Positions 1 to 10,284 of a DNA stretch of 64,000 nt are shown here, one piece after another (position 1 is the first letter of the stretch; each line of letters starts with the position of its first letter). The notes under the pieces are model-generated. The model did no database searches, was not told where the DNA came from, and saw only the letters and a program-made list of their open reading frames with translations. The stretch is from the NCBI GenBank assembly GCA_022813965.1, contig JALDZS010000042.1, positions 62,001 to 126,000 on the forward strand, written 5' to 3'. The DNA is from Toensbergia leucococca. Lineage: Eukaryota. A program made the translations under genes and the position numbers.

Positions 1-209
1 CATATACAAATATGAAACATTCAATCCATCTCTTTCCACCTTGCCCGGCGACCCAATTCTTTGCCGCTTGAGAAGAACCCAGCACCCAAAACACCACGCT
101 ATCTGAGAGCCAAAGAAGAAAAACCCACAACCTAGTAAGAAAAAGTCTACGTAAGGCAAGTATGGAAATTCGGCAGTAGCTATCTCTAACCATGTCAAAA
201 GCCGCTTGG

Positions 210-3200
210 TCAAGCATAGTCCTTAATATCCCGGATCTTACCATGCAACTCTGTATCCAAGAAATTGTAATACGGATCTACCCTGCAAAACGGATGCTGC
301 ATCAACAGAGTCTCCGCGGTCGGCCTGTCACTGGGATCAATGGTAAAGCAATCTAGCATGAACGCCACCGCCTCGGGGCTGATCTCGTCGGATACGTCGT
401 CCGGAATAGGCGGCGCCTGGTTTAGGCTCCCCAATTTGTAAATCGCGCCAATGGCTTCTTCTTTCGACCACGGTCTGCGTCCGGCGAACATTTCGAGAAC
501 GACGCAGCCCAAGGACCAGATGTCTACTTTGGCGCTGTAACCTTGGCCGAGAGAACGAATGACTTCAGGCGCCATCCAGAAGACGGAACCTTGCATGCTG
601 TTCGTTACGTCGTTGCCATAGATGTTATCCGTTTTCTTCGAGATGCCAAAATCGGAGATCTTGCATGTTCCGTCCACGTCAAGAAGGATGTTGTCGGCTT
701 TCAAGTCGCGGTGGAGGATGCCTTCTGTGTGCAGGTAGGCTAAACCGGCCAAGGTTTGACGAGTGAGGGAGCTGACAACGCTTTCCTGGAATTTTCCATG
801 TTTGCGCAGGCAGCTACCTACGCTCCCACCAGAGATGTACTCGAGAAAGATGGAGATGGAGTATTCCTTTCGTTCGCACCCAAGATATTGCACAATGTTG
901 GGGTGCTCGAGATGTTGCATAGTATCGATTTCTTGGTCAAGAGCGGCGACCATGTCCTTGATCTTATCTTTGTCTTGGCCTGCAGCTTTGTGATTGACTT
1001 CCACCTGTTTCACAGCTAGAAACTCACCCGTGGTAGCGTTGATTCCCAAATAAACACGTCCATAAGTACCTTTGCCAATCATTTGTCCTCGAATTATACG
1101 GAAGGTAGTCTGCCGCTTAGGTAGGTTATCTGGTGGTAACGCCTCAATTAAGCTAACTCGGCTGCCCCTGCCTGGCTTGATCTGAACTATGTTCGCACCA
1201 AACATCTTTGTACTCTTGCGACGAACGATGTCTCCCGACTTGCTAGTCGCTGATGGTAAAGTGCTTCGCTTGCGAGTACCTTCATTGGCTCCTCTAGCAA
1301 CTTCACGAATCGACTTCATACGTCCCAGTCCTCCAGACTTGCGGGCATTGCGCTGGATGATGGTAGCTCTACTTTTAAGAGTGGAGTCCTCTGAACCCAA
1401 AGTGTCAGGCTCTTCAGCTATGGACTCCTCCGCAATTGACATGGGACGGTCTCGGCCGTATTGGGATGATCTACCAATGTACTGCGCTTGGGCTCGTGAA
1501 TTAGGGGCAGGAGGCTCCAGAGAATTATGATCAACCCCGGACATCGGAGAGGCTGGTGGCGAGCCTAGTTGATCATCAAGTAAAGGTTGATCGAGGTCGA
1601 GATTCGGGAAATATGCATCAAGATTATCGAGAAGAGCCTCTGTTGGCGGTCGATTGGCCCACACATCGTCTCTCGCAAAAGACTCGCGTCGAAGTAGTTT
1701 CGACATGGCTTCGGGTGACTGTGCAGAAGCCGTGCCAGAAGTGGCGCCGGAAGTAGCTGACTCAGGGATATGACGCTCTATCTTGGACTGAGAGGAACTC
1801 CCTTCATCGTCAAGTTCCGGGGTATCAGTTGACTGGGCTGTGGATGTGCTTGTAGATGTCTCTGGCGTCTTGAAGGTAACAGACCTGCCTTTGGCTCGAC
1901 GGGTTTCAGTATCTAGACTGAGTGTGGGTCTGCGTTGGATGGCCAGCTCATCGGTAGACTTGGACTGCAGTGCAGACGATCCTACTGCACCGCTTTTGGC
2001 GAGTGGCACTGCGAAGAGACCATCATCAGAGTCATCATCGGATTGCTGTTCTACGCGGGGTGTCTTGGCAAAGGTGACTTCGTTCTCTTTGAAAGTGAAC
2101 GCTGGTCCATAGGATCTCCGAGATGACAGTATCGATTTCGTCCGAGCTGGTGGATTCTCGGTCCCAGGACTTATCGCAGGAGAAGGACCCCTTCGAATTT
2201 TGTCCAGCGAAGGATTGCCAGGCATTCGTAACACTAGGTCGGGCTTCTTCGTTTCGTAGTCTTCTTGCATGCCTTCCTCGTAATCAGGTATTTTGAACAG
2301 CATATTGTTTTTCCCGTGTGTGAAGCCAGGACTTCGTGGGGACCCACCTGGACTACTTCTACCTGATCCACTGCGCCCGAAGTCAATTGATTGCAAAGCA
2401 CGCTGGCGTTTGCTGTTCTGGTCCATTCCATCGTCGGGCTGTGATGACCGGTTATTGATACGTAGGGAAGGTCTCTGAGGTGTGTCGGGAGTGCTAGTCG
2501 CTGGGCCGATGCCCGCCAATGCAGCACCAATACCTGCACTTATTGATGGGGTGGCAGCCACAGCTCTACGACGCCCACGCTCTGCAGTTTCTTCGGGGAT
2601 TGAATCACCCAGAGCCTGGCGCTTCGATATATCATCAGATTGTCCAGAGATCGATGCCCGAACTCTCTCCCCTGTCTTCTTACTAAGCGAGTTCGCTTTA
2701 ATCAGCGTGTTAGATTCTGCAGGAGCAGGCGGTGGTTTCCTCAAAGGAATTAATGTATCCGTCTTTTTCTCTTCGTATGGTGAATTTCTCGGAGCATCGA
2801 AATCAATGACGCCGTCCCGTTTGATTCTCCATGGACCTAAGTCCACCGGTGACTCCTTCCTCGGTTTCGCCTGCTTTGCTTGTAGATACGCGTTTTGCTT
2901 CGTATTAACATCGCTTCGATGTCGCTGGATATTTTCCTCAAGCGACGGATCCTGATTAGATTGGTATAATATCTCGTTCCCTAGTGCAGCCTTGAGCACC
3001 TCGTTCCGCTCCTTGGATACGTCGATTGCAGATCTCGTAGCAGAGGAGGTTGAAGTCGAGCTATTGTCCGGTTTCTCGTCGGCCATTGGGGGAGACTTCC
3101 AAGGAGTCCCACCACTGACTTTAGATATTGACGGCTGTGAACTGATAGGAGGAGACCTTGATCGCACTCGGCTGTTGGTCGTTAAGCGTGCAAGGCCATC

Positions 3201-6062
3201 GTCATCTATAGGTTTTCGAGGGAAAAGGCTACCAGTAGGAGGCGATGGCAGTGCTTTCGACGAAAAATCAAGCCCCAAGCCAGCTGATAAGGGTTGCGGG
3301 ACTGAGGGGGCCGAGGCCAAGGAACGAAGCACAAAGAGCTTAAGCGTTCCTGTTGTATCAACTTTGGTCCGCTTCAGCAATAGTAGCGTTGCATCAGACA
3401 GTGGCTCATCATGGTCCATTTGACCTGCTTCTGTCAGAAAAATTTGAGCACGGTCGCTGTCTAGAATGCCGAGATAGCGACAAATAGTTTCGCGCATAGA
3501 ATCTGCAGAATTTGCGTCCGTGACATCTATAAGGCGGTAGTTCCAGTGATCAGGCGTTGCGAATACAAATTTCCTCCCTGGACTTCCCCTCGTTAGGGCT
3601 CTTCCTCGCTTATCGTGCTCCGACATCATTGATGTCGGCGAAGGTCTCTCGAGAGACGTGTCACTATTGTTCAAGCCAGCACGCGTAAATGGTAGACTTG
3701 GTGGGACATGACGAAATCCGACAGGGCTCGTGGGCGAATCAAGATATTGATCTTCGGGGGAAGGGTGAGCAGGATCGTTCTTCTTATGTTTCCGGAACTT
3801 GTTCAAGAAGCCTTTACTATAATCCTTTGCGCTGGTTGGGGTATCGTTGCTGCCCTGGCTTCCAGAAAACTCTAGCGCTGGAGGTCGAGAACCATCTTGA
3901 CCATATCTTCTAGTCTCTTGGGATTTGTTTGCCGTGCCAGACTCGCCCGACGAAGCGCCCACGAACTCTCGTGCAAGAGCGCTTGTGGGATTCGCCACAT
4001 AGTTCGACCCCACAGAGTCAGTGCTGTTACTCTTGTGATGACCAAATCGACCGTGTTGCGGGGCTGTGAGCGTAGAGACACCCATAGAGGAGGACAATAC
4101 AACTTGCTGCGTTGCTGGGCTTCCACTTTGAGGGCTACCATCATAGCCAGAACGCGCTGTACTCGTCCCACCTATCTCAGTAGAGGCACTGGGGCTGTGA
4201 CGTTTCGGTACTGTGTCATTAGCACCGTTGAGAAAATGGCGAGAGAATCCTGTACGAGGTAGAAATGATTGTCCCACTTCAGCAACATTGGGCTCGCTTG
4301 CGTTGGCTCCACTGTTGGCATAGAGAGGTGCTGTACTGCTACGGTGATTCGGGAACACGCGATTGCCCAAACCTGTGCCGGGAGATCGAAAGGACATCTG
4401 CCTTCCCGGGCTTGCTTCTCCTCCACCAGCCGTACTAGGCGTACTAGCAAAAGCGTCTTGGCGACCTATGTTTGGAGAGTTTTCCAATCCTCCTTCGGTA
4501 GATGCGCTGGGCAGGAACTGGGCAGACTCCCTTCGCGCATGACTTGCCTTGCTGCTTTCAGTGTTATCAGCAATCTTCCGAATGAGCTTTCGCATCCTCT
4601 TTCCTTCGTCTCTTTCTCTCGACTGGTCCCACCCCGTCCCACTCTTGCTGCACTGCCTTGCTAACATTGGATAGATAAGTTGATGCATCATTCCAAAATT
4701 GCCTCTTCCTCCATGACCTCGGCCTAGCTCTAGGAAGTCGGCACCTTGTATGTCCAAGACTCTAAAGGTCTCCTGCCAGTCATTGGAAAATCCGTTAATA
4801 GCAAGCCAGAGCAAAACACGTTCAATTGGCCACCCAAACGTCGGGTCACCGGGTGACAATGGTGTTGTGGAGTTGTTACTGTTGGTGTAACGGTGACCGC
4901 TTGGGGTGGCTGCCTCCTGTCCCGCGCTAGTATTAGGGTTCTGCGGCTGTGGATTTTGCATTGTCGCAGTTGGGGGTCCCGGCGACGAATGGTCTTGTGC
5001 GTCCCGTGATGGAAGTATGAATTGGTGATGGCGAGTCAAAGGGGTCTGGGGCACAGTATTATTAGAGTAACTATCGTTGTAAGAGGCCTCTTTGACGGGT
5101 GATGCAGCAGATGCAGGCCCATTGAAAAATCGCTGATCAGCTGCTATCTTCGCAGCATCAGCGCTGGAATAGAAATCAGAGCTGTCACCTCGATTAAAAC
5201 TGGGCTGCTGGTTGAAATCGAGTGGAGGAATTCCGACACCGGGGCCAAAGGAATCTCCGAAAGGAATGTAGGTTGCTGAGGTTAACGGTGGATTTTCATT
5301 CTGCAAAGGCGGAGGTTGTATCGAGAGTGGAGGGGGCACTTGACTTGTTTGGTAGCCGTGACTGGGGTTGTATGCGGCATGCGGACCCCCGGCCTGATTT
5401 GTCAACATTGGGGGTGGAGGTGGCAGAAATCCCTGGGATGTCCCCCAACGTTGTCCCCCCCATCCAGAGGAGAGTCCATTGGGCGCTGCTGGAGGCGGTC
5501 CAGGCGGAGGTGGTAGGACGAGGCCATGAGAGGAATTTATTGGCGGCGGACGTGGTGGCGGAGGTGGTAAAGACATCATATGGTTCTGCGGCTGCGGTGG
5601 GGATATGGTGGGGGGCGGAGGCGCAGGAATATACGGGGCGCGTTGATCCATGACCTGTGCTGCTGAAGTATGTCTCTGTCCTTGTTGATATCCCGAGTGC
5701 ATCTGTGGCCCTCCGCCTGCTCTGGCGCCGGATCTGTAGTTGCCTTGTTGCCCAATGTTTTGATCCGCCGCAGTGCTGGCTCGTGGCCTTTGCGATGCTG
5801 GCACATGAGTCTGTACGTACGAAGATCCTCCACTTGAGATAGCAGGGTAAGGGGAACCAATACCTTGTGACGGTATCAAGAGAGAGGACGAGGCAGCGCT
5901 ATGGTTGTAGTTTGGAACATCGTTCAATATCAGGTCCTGGGGAACAATGGAGGTTGACTGGCGCTGCGAATAATGGGAAGGCGAAGGCGTAGAGGTCTGT
6001 CTGGAATTTAGGTCGGAACAGTTTGAGCGTGCTGAAGACGATCGTTGCCGAGTCGTGGTCAT
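210..6062 (-). CDS. BCK1: MAP kinase kinase kinase of the cell-wall-integrity pathway (Bck1/Mkh1 type)
   Basis: Uninterrupted 1950-aa ORF. C-terminal STE11-family kinase domain (GKGTYGRV, LAVKQV, HRDLKADN, DFG, GSVFWMAPE); SAM-like segment WPIERVLLWLAINGFSNDWQETF; long Pro/Ser-rich N-terminus. Confidence 0.93.
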   Translation of the reverse strand: MTTTRQRSSSARSNCSDLNSRQTSTPSPSHYSQRQSTSIVPQDLILNDVPNYNHSAASSSLLIPSQGIGSPYPAISSGGSSYVQTHVPASQRPRASTAADQNIGQQGNYRSGARAGGGPQMHSGYQQGQRHTSAAQVMDQRAPYIPAPPPPTISPPQPQNHMMSLPPPPPRPPPINSSHGLVLPPPPGPPPAAPNGLSSGWGGQRWGTSQGFLPPPPPMLTNQAGGPHAAYNPSHGYQTSQVPPPLSIQPPPLQNENPPLTSATYIPFGDSFGPGVGIPPLDFNQQPSFNRGDSSDFYSSADAAKIAADQRFFNGPASAASPVKEASYNDSYSNNTVPQTPLTRHHQFILPSRDAQDHSSPGPPTATMQNPQPQNPNTSAGQEAATPSGHRYTNSNNSTTPLSPGDPTFGWPIERVLLWLAINGFSNDWQETFRVLDIQGADFLELGRGHGGRGNFGMMHQLIYPMLARQCSKSGTGWDQSRERDEGKRMRKLIRKIADNTESSKASHARRESAQFLPSASTEGGLENSPNIGRQDAFASTPSTAGGGEASPGRQMSFRSPGTGLGNRVFPNHRSSTAPLYANSGANASEPNVAEVGQSFLPRTGFSRHFLNGANDTVPKRHSPSASTEIGGTSTARSGYDGSPQSGSPATQQVVLSSSMGVSTLTAPQHGRFGHHKSNSTDSVGSNYVANPTSALAREFVGASSGESGTANKSQETRRYGQDGSRPPALEFSGSQGSNDTPTSAKDYSKGFLNKFRKHKKNDPAHPSPEDQYLDSPTSPVGFRHVPPSLPFTRAGLNNSDTSLERPSPTSMMSEHDKRGRALTRGSPGRKFVFATPDHWNYRLIDVTDANSADSMRETICRYLGILDSDRAQIFLTEAGQMDHDEPLSDATLLLLKRTKVDTTGTLKLFVLRSLASAPSVPQPLSAGLGLDFSSKALPSPPTGSLFPRKPIDDDGLARLTTNSRVRSRSPPISSQPSISKVSGGTPWKSPPMADEKPDNSSTSTSSATRSAIDVSKERNEVLKAALGNEILYQSNQDPSLEENIQRHRSDVNTKQNAYLQAKQAKPRKESPVDLGPWRIKRDGVIDFDAPRNSPYEEKKTDTLIPLRKPPPAPAESNTLIKANSLSKKTGERVRASISGQSDDISKRQALGDSIPEETAERGRRRAVAATPSISAGIGAALAGIGPATSTPDTPQRPSLRINNRSSQPDDGMDQNSKRQRALQSIDFGRSGSGRSSPGGSPRSPGFTHGKNNMLFKIPDYEEGMQEDYETKKPDLVLRMPGNPSLDKIRRGPSPAISPGTENPPARTKSILSSRRSYGPAFTFKENEVTFAKTPRVEQQSDDDSDDGLFAVPLAKSGAVGSSALQSKSTDELAIQRRPTLSLDTETRRAKGRSVTFKTPETSTSTSTAQSTDTPELDDEGSSSQSKIERHIPESATSGATSGTASAQSPEAMSKLLRRESFARDDVWANRPPTEALLDNLDAYFPNLDLDQPLLDDQLGSPPASPMSGVDHNSLEPPAPNSRAQAQYIGRSSQYGRDRPMSIAEESIAEEPDTLGSEDSTLKSRATIIQRNARKSGGLGRMKSIREVARGANEGTRKRSTLPSATSKSGDIVRRKSTKMFGANIVQIKPGRGSRVSLIEALPPDNLPKRQTTFRIIRGQMIGKGTYGRVYLGINATTGEFLAVKQVEVNHKAAGQDKDKIKDMVAALDQEIDTMQHLEHPNIVQYLGCERKEYSISIFLEYISGGSVGSCLRKHGKFQESVVSSLTRQTLAGLAYLHTEGILHRDLKADNILLDVDGTCKISDFGISKKTDNIYGNDVTNSMQGSVFWMAPEVIRSLGQGYSAKVDIWSLGCVVLEMFAGRRPWSKEEAIGAIYKLGSLNQAPPIPDDVSDEISPEAVAFMLDCFTIDPSDRPTAETLLMQHPFCRVDPYYNFLDTELHGKIRDIKDYA

Positions 6063-6869
6063 TGTTGTAAAAGCAGGCCTGACGCATACTATGCGGCGCG
6101 TTACTCAATCTTCACGGTTCCATCAAAAAGCCGGATCTGATGCCCATGGACAGTGTAGTAATGCTATCTTATACCCAGTCCCCAATATGATCGAGAATGG
6201 AAACAGGCTGTTGGACTTTGTCAATTGTTTAGGGATATTCTGGATACCAGGTGGTCCGGTGTGCGCCTAGGAGGCTCATCAAGGGAAGAAAGAGCCTGGC
6301 GGCACAAGATCGGTCATGGAGGTGATGGTGTGTCGGAAAGGGTTTTCTAGGAGGCATGCAAGAGGTATAAATGTCTTCGGATGGGAAACAAGTCTAAGGC
6401 ATGTTGGTGTCAGAGCTGAGGGAGGAAGGCTTGTAGGACAACGATAGACCTTTTGGTAATTCGAGCAAGATTATTTCATGGCCTTAGGGCCAAAGCGAGC
6501 GTTCTTGAAGAAGCTTAAGCACGAAAAAGGTAGGAAGGTAGTGACAAGGCAAGATGACGAACGATTGTCTTTAACCTTCAGGTACAATGAGTACGGATAG
6601 TCAGCCTTAAGGTAATATTCAGATTTAAGCCTCAGCTCGCTTAGGTATCTGCCTGTTAGGTCCGAGGGGTCACTACTCTTACAAGGAGCAAGGGTTATTA
6701 CACCTTCAAGACAGATATAAAAGTCAACGATCGTGGTCAAAAGGATCCTCGTCTGGTTGGATCTCGTTTGTTTCTGGTTTTAACATGCTAATACAATATC
6801 GTGTGAATGAGAATTGCGCGAGTCCTACTTGTCACCTGGCGGGAGACACCCCGGAACCATCCAATTTAA

Positions 6870-7897
6870 TCATACAGCTTGTGCAGCAAGCTCTATCAAC
6901 GTCGTCGTCAAAGTCCTTCGAGCGTCCAACTCATTCATATTCGTTCGTGGCCTATAGTAGCTCGTCACAATCGTGACAATAGCATTATAAGATGCGTATC
7001 TAGCCTTCTGATTAGTTCAACGACTTTCCCTTCAAATAGACATGAGACCACTCACAGTAAAACCCTTGGGCCTGGGGGACACTTCGCATCCCACATGTCT
7101 TGATCTCCCCAGATCGCTCTTCCAAAGTCTAGTAGCCCAACTATCTCCTTTGTCCTCCGATCGAGAAGCACGTTGTCTAGTTCGCCTAGCCCGAAAACAA
7201 CTAATCTTGCCTCCTTCACTTCGTTCAACGCTTTCCCTACTCTAGTCGCTTGTTCTCTGATCTGCGAGTAAGGTAGGCTTACAAGCATATCCTCGGCATC
7301 CCTCAACACAGACTCAAGCATCGATATGAATGCTTCACGCCAAGTCTTATGTCCTTGATTCGAAGAGACCAGGGAGACCGGTCCGAAGGCAGAAGAGGTG
7401 AATTGACCGATTGTGATCATCAATACCCGGAGCTGATGATCGATCCCAGCACGATCAGAACGCGTCATGTATGGATTGGCTTTTGCAAGGGAAATGCCAT
7501 CTAAACGGGTTGTAAGGAGAAATGGCGATCCAAAAACTTTGCCTCTGGCATCGTATCTGAGTACCTTGGGTACAGGCAGGCTACTTGGAGCGAGGAAGGA
7601 GAGCATAAAGTTTTCAGTCTCAAGAGATTGGCGTTCATGGCGTAGAAGAGGCGTTGAAGCAGGAGGAGCAATTTTAAAGACCAGGTGCAAGTCATTGGAG
7701 AGTCGGACAAGGCGAATGCGATGGAGGTGGTCTGGCAAATCTTCCAACTGGTGAACTATCAGGCGAGTAGATTGCAAGGTACTTTGGATGAGCTGGTGAA
7801 GGGCTGTGAAGTCTGACAAAGGGAAAGACGGAAACGAAGATTGGGCCATTGCCATGGAGTGGAATTCATCAATAATCTCAATGGGCGGACGATGCAT
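6870..7897 (-). CDS. Aminoglycoside phosphotransferase (APH)/choline kinase-like protein, 2 exons
   Basis: ORF 7052-7906 contains LPVPKVLRYD, FLLTT and NVLLD...GLLDFGRAIWGD. GTGAGT donor near 7055, CTAAT branch and TAG acceptor near 7000; last exon YASYNAIV...AQAV* ends at 6870. Start codon uncertain (several Met). Confidence 0.7.
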
Positions 7898-8585
7898 TGC
7901 TATCAAAACCGCAGAAAAAACGGGTTGAAGAGGTACCTAAATGAGCGGAGAGTGTATGAAGAAAGAGAGCATGCTAATGACATATACCAAGCAAAGCCAC
8001 CGAAATCCAGCCGACATGGGGGCAAGCCCAGTACCGTCTCCTGAGATTATATATGAACATGTAATGCAACACCTCTAATAGACAGGTATTCTCGGCAAGA
8101 TTAGAGATGAAGCCGAGTAGGTTGAGCAAATGATATGTTAGGCCACGCGGTCCTGTAAGGCGGAAAGCATCCTGCTTCGCTTGATGCCTTGGTCTCATCC
8201 AGCATGTATTAGTGAGAAAAGGCTTGATGTTGTTGAGACGTAAAGCTCGTCAAGAATTGCCGGCTTTGGCGTGGTCCTGAAGTCTGACCGTCTCCCACGA
8301 TCAATGAAAGGCTTTGGGGCTTCTCGAAAGATCGAGATCTACACATGGCTGACGCCTTCGCATCACGCTTCTACTTCTGAGGGAGTGGCCAGGCGGCATT
8401 TAGATTGTGCTTTCGCTTCCTAGGGCATTTCGTTGGACCTGTTTTTACCCCACCCATGTCGCATTTAAGCGAGCCGAACTCTATTTCGCGGACAAAACAA
8501 ACCACGTCTGGCTTAGTCCAAGCTTGGCATGAGATGAAACGCTTGCCTCATTCCTCCAGGACTCTGAGAGCTGAACATATCCCAA

Positions 8586-9889
8586 TCACGCGGGCTTTGG
8601 CGTTGGATTATAGATCTCGGCCAGGTTGTAGCGCTTCAGCTTGTGGAAGTCTCCGTCCACAACACTCATGCCGCATATGTTCTGCGGGCAGCTGTCATCA
8701 TCAATGGTACTAGAATATGCTGCATCACCCTCAACTCTGCATACCTTGTAGACTTCGACCAGAATGATGAGATCAGGGGTCGTGAGGTCGACGGTATGAC
8801 GCTTTCCCACAGCGTCAGCCACCTGCTTAATGACGGCATCTCTCTTCAAGCTGCTATTATTCCGAATCGTAGTGCGAATAGCAAACTGTCGAAATTAGCG
8901 AACTTTCGGCAAATTTAACGAAGCAGGCTTCCATTCGCTGCCACTGTCCCGGGACCCGACAATCCAACGTTAATTCACACCGACTCTTGTTTTGGGGCTC
9001 GGAAGCACGGACCAGCCTCGCCAGCACGCTGGGCAGGCGGGTCGCGTGGCGGACCAATGATTGAAAGGCTTACTTTTCTTGACATGGTTTCTTCTTGGTG
9101 GAAGCAGGATGCAAGCACAATGTTGCATAATTCTTCCAGTCCCTTTTCTGTTGCTCTTCCCATTCTACTCATTGGTGTTAATCTCTTGATCCAACGGCTC
9201 CTTTTACTGCTCGAGGATGCAAGAGCGTCGGAGCAGATCCTGTGCACAAAGGACACGGGCTCAATCGGCTCTCGAGTTCTGAAAAACAAGACTTTTGATT
9301 GCCATCAGACAGGAATCCTAGCGTGAATTGACTTTTGTCCATACCACAAGTGACATCAACCCTCACGGGCTGGAACCAAGGGTCTGTCTTGGATTTCTCC
9401 ATCTCTTCAACCTCTCTGCTGATCGCTGCCTCGATGTCGAGTTCAGGCTTGGTTTCTTCATCGTCGACGATAGATGTTTTGTAGAGAGCAGAAGCGTACT
9501 TATTCGTCAATCATTGACACATGACAGAGATGCTTGATGACCAAAGAAGGGACAAGTCAGACCTCGTCGAACAGATCTCTTAATTCAGTGGTACATTTCC
9601 CTTCTTGATGCATGCCACAAGTGGCCCAGATTCCTGCGTCACCTGGCTGAATACTTGGCACCGTGGTACCGGTGCCGAGGTGGCCTTTCTTGGAGACTCG
9701 CCATTGCTTTGAGTGCTGAAGTGCATAATAGTGATTAGTGACTTACTTGTACTCGATCAACACAACACATTTGAGACTAGGTTGCAGGACTGATTTTGAT
9801 GGAGAACAATATTGGAGAAGTACCTTTGGCTTCTTGTCGATTGAATCAACAGCGCCATCGTCAGCTTTACGTTTCTTAAAGTCTTCCAT
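8586..9889 (-). CDS. TAN1: THUMP-domain protein (Tan1/THUMPD1, tRNA ac4C adaptor), multi-exon
   Basis: Spliced exons read MEDFKKRK..., GIWATC...GKCTTELRDLF, DIEAAISREV, FFRTREPIEPVSFV, RWIKRLTP, FAIRTTIRNN, VDLTTPDLIILVEVYK, NICGMSVV...KRYNLAEIY, the typical THUMP C-terminus. Confidence 0.85.
8886..9073 (-). ncRNA. Structured intronic RNA in TAN1 (candidate H/ACA-like snoRNA or cis-regulatory structure)
   Basis: 188-nt intron (GTAAGC...GCTAAT...CAG) with two long stems (9006-9048 and 8906-8983) separated by AAAACA (ANANNA). Pairings were identified by eye. Confidence 0.4.
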
Positions 9890-10284
9890 CTCTAGATGCA
9901 ATTAGGGCAAGTCTGAAGGATGAATTTGCAAAGGAGACAGAAGGCAGAAGCATGATGCTTCGCCTATTTTGCTTGATTCGCTAGCGAGAATTTTCGATAT
10001 TCTAGGGTGAGGCTGCCTCGGCGCCAATTGCCAAAATCATCTCTTGCACTACTCAACGAGGTCTCCGTACGACGTGCATGCGTACCTTCTGTCTCACTAC
10101 GATTATTGTTTCCGCAAGAGATACTGATTGATGTATACAGCGAGGGCAACAGTTTAATTATGCCCCCATCATTTCCCACAGACCGATGCCACCAATGCCC
10201 TCGACATACGAGTATAATCTACCTACCCAAAGCATTCCACCTTAACTTCTGCCAAACTCCAGCAACACGCCCCGCTTCGCTTCT

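Noticed and set aside
8920..9005. HDV-like ribozyme in the TAN1 intron (GCTTCCG...GCGAATGGAAGC resembles P2 and J4/2)
   Set aside because: I could not place P3, L3 or P1.1 after the putative P2 5' strand; the two-hairpin fold explains the sequence better.
9716..9822. Nested intron or micro-exon in TAN1 intron 1 (internal GTAAGT)
   Set aside because: The internal donor is only about 31 nt from the acceptor and abuts the branch point; simple splicing already gives a continuous frame.
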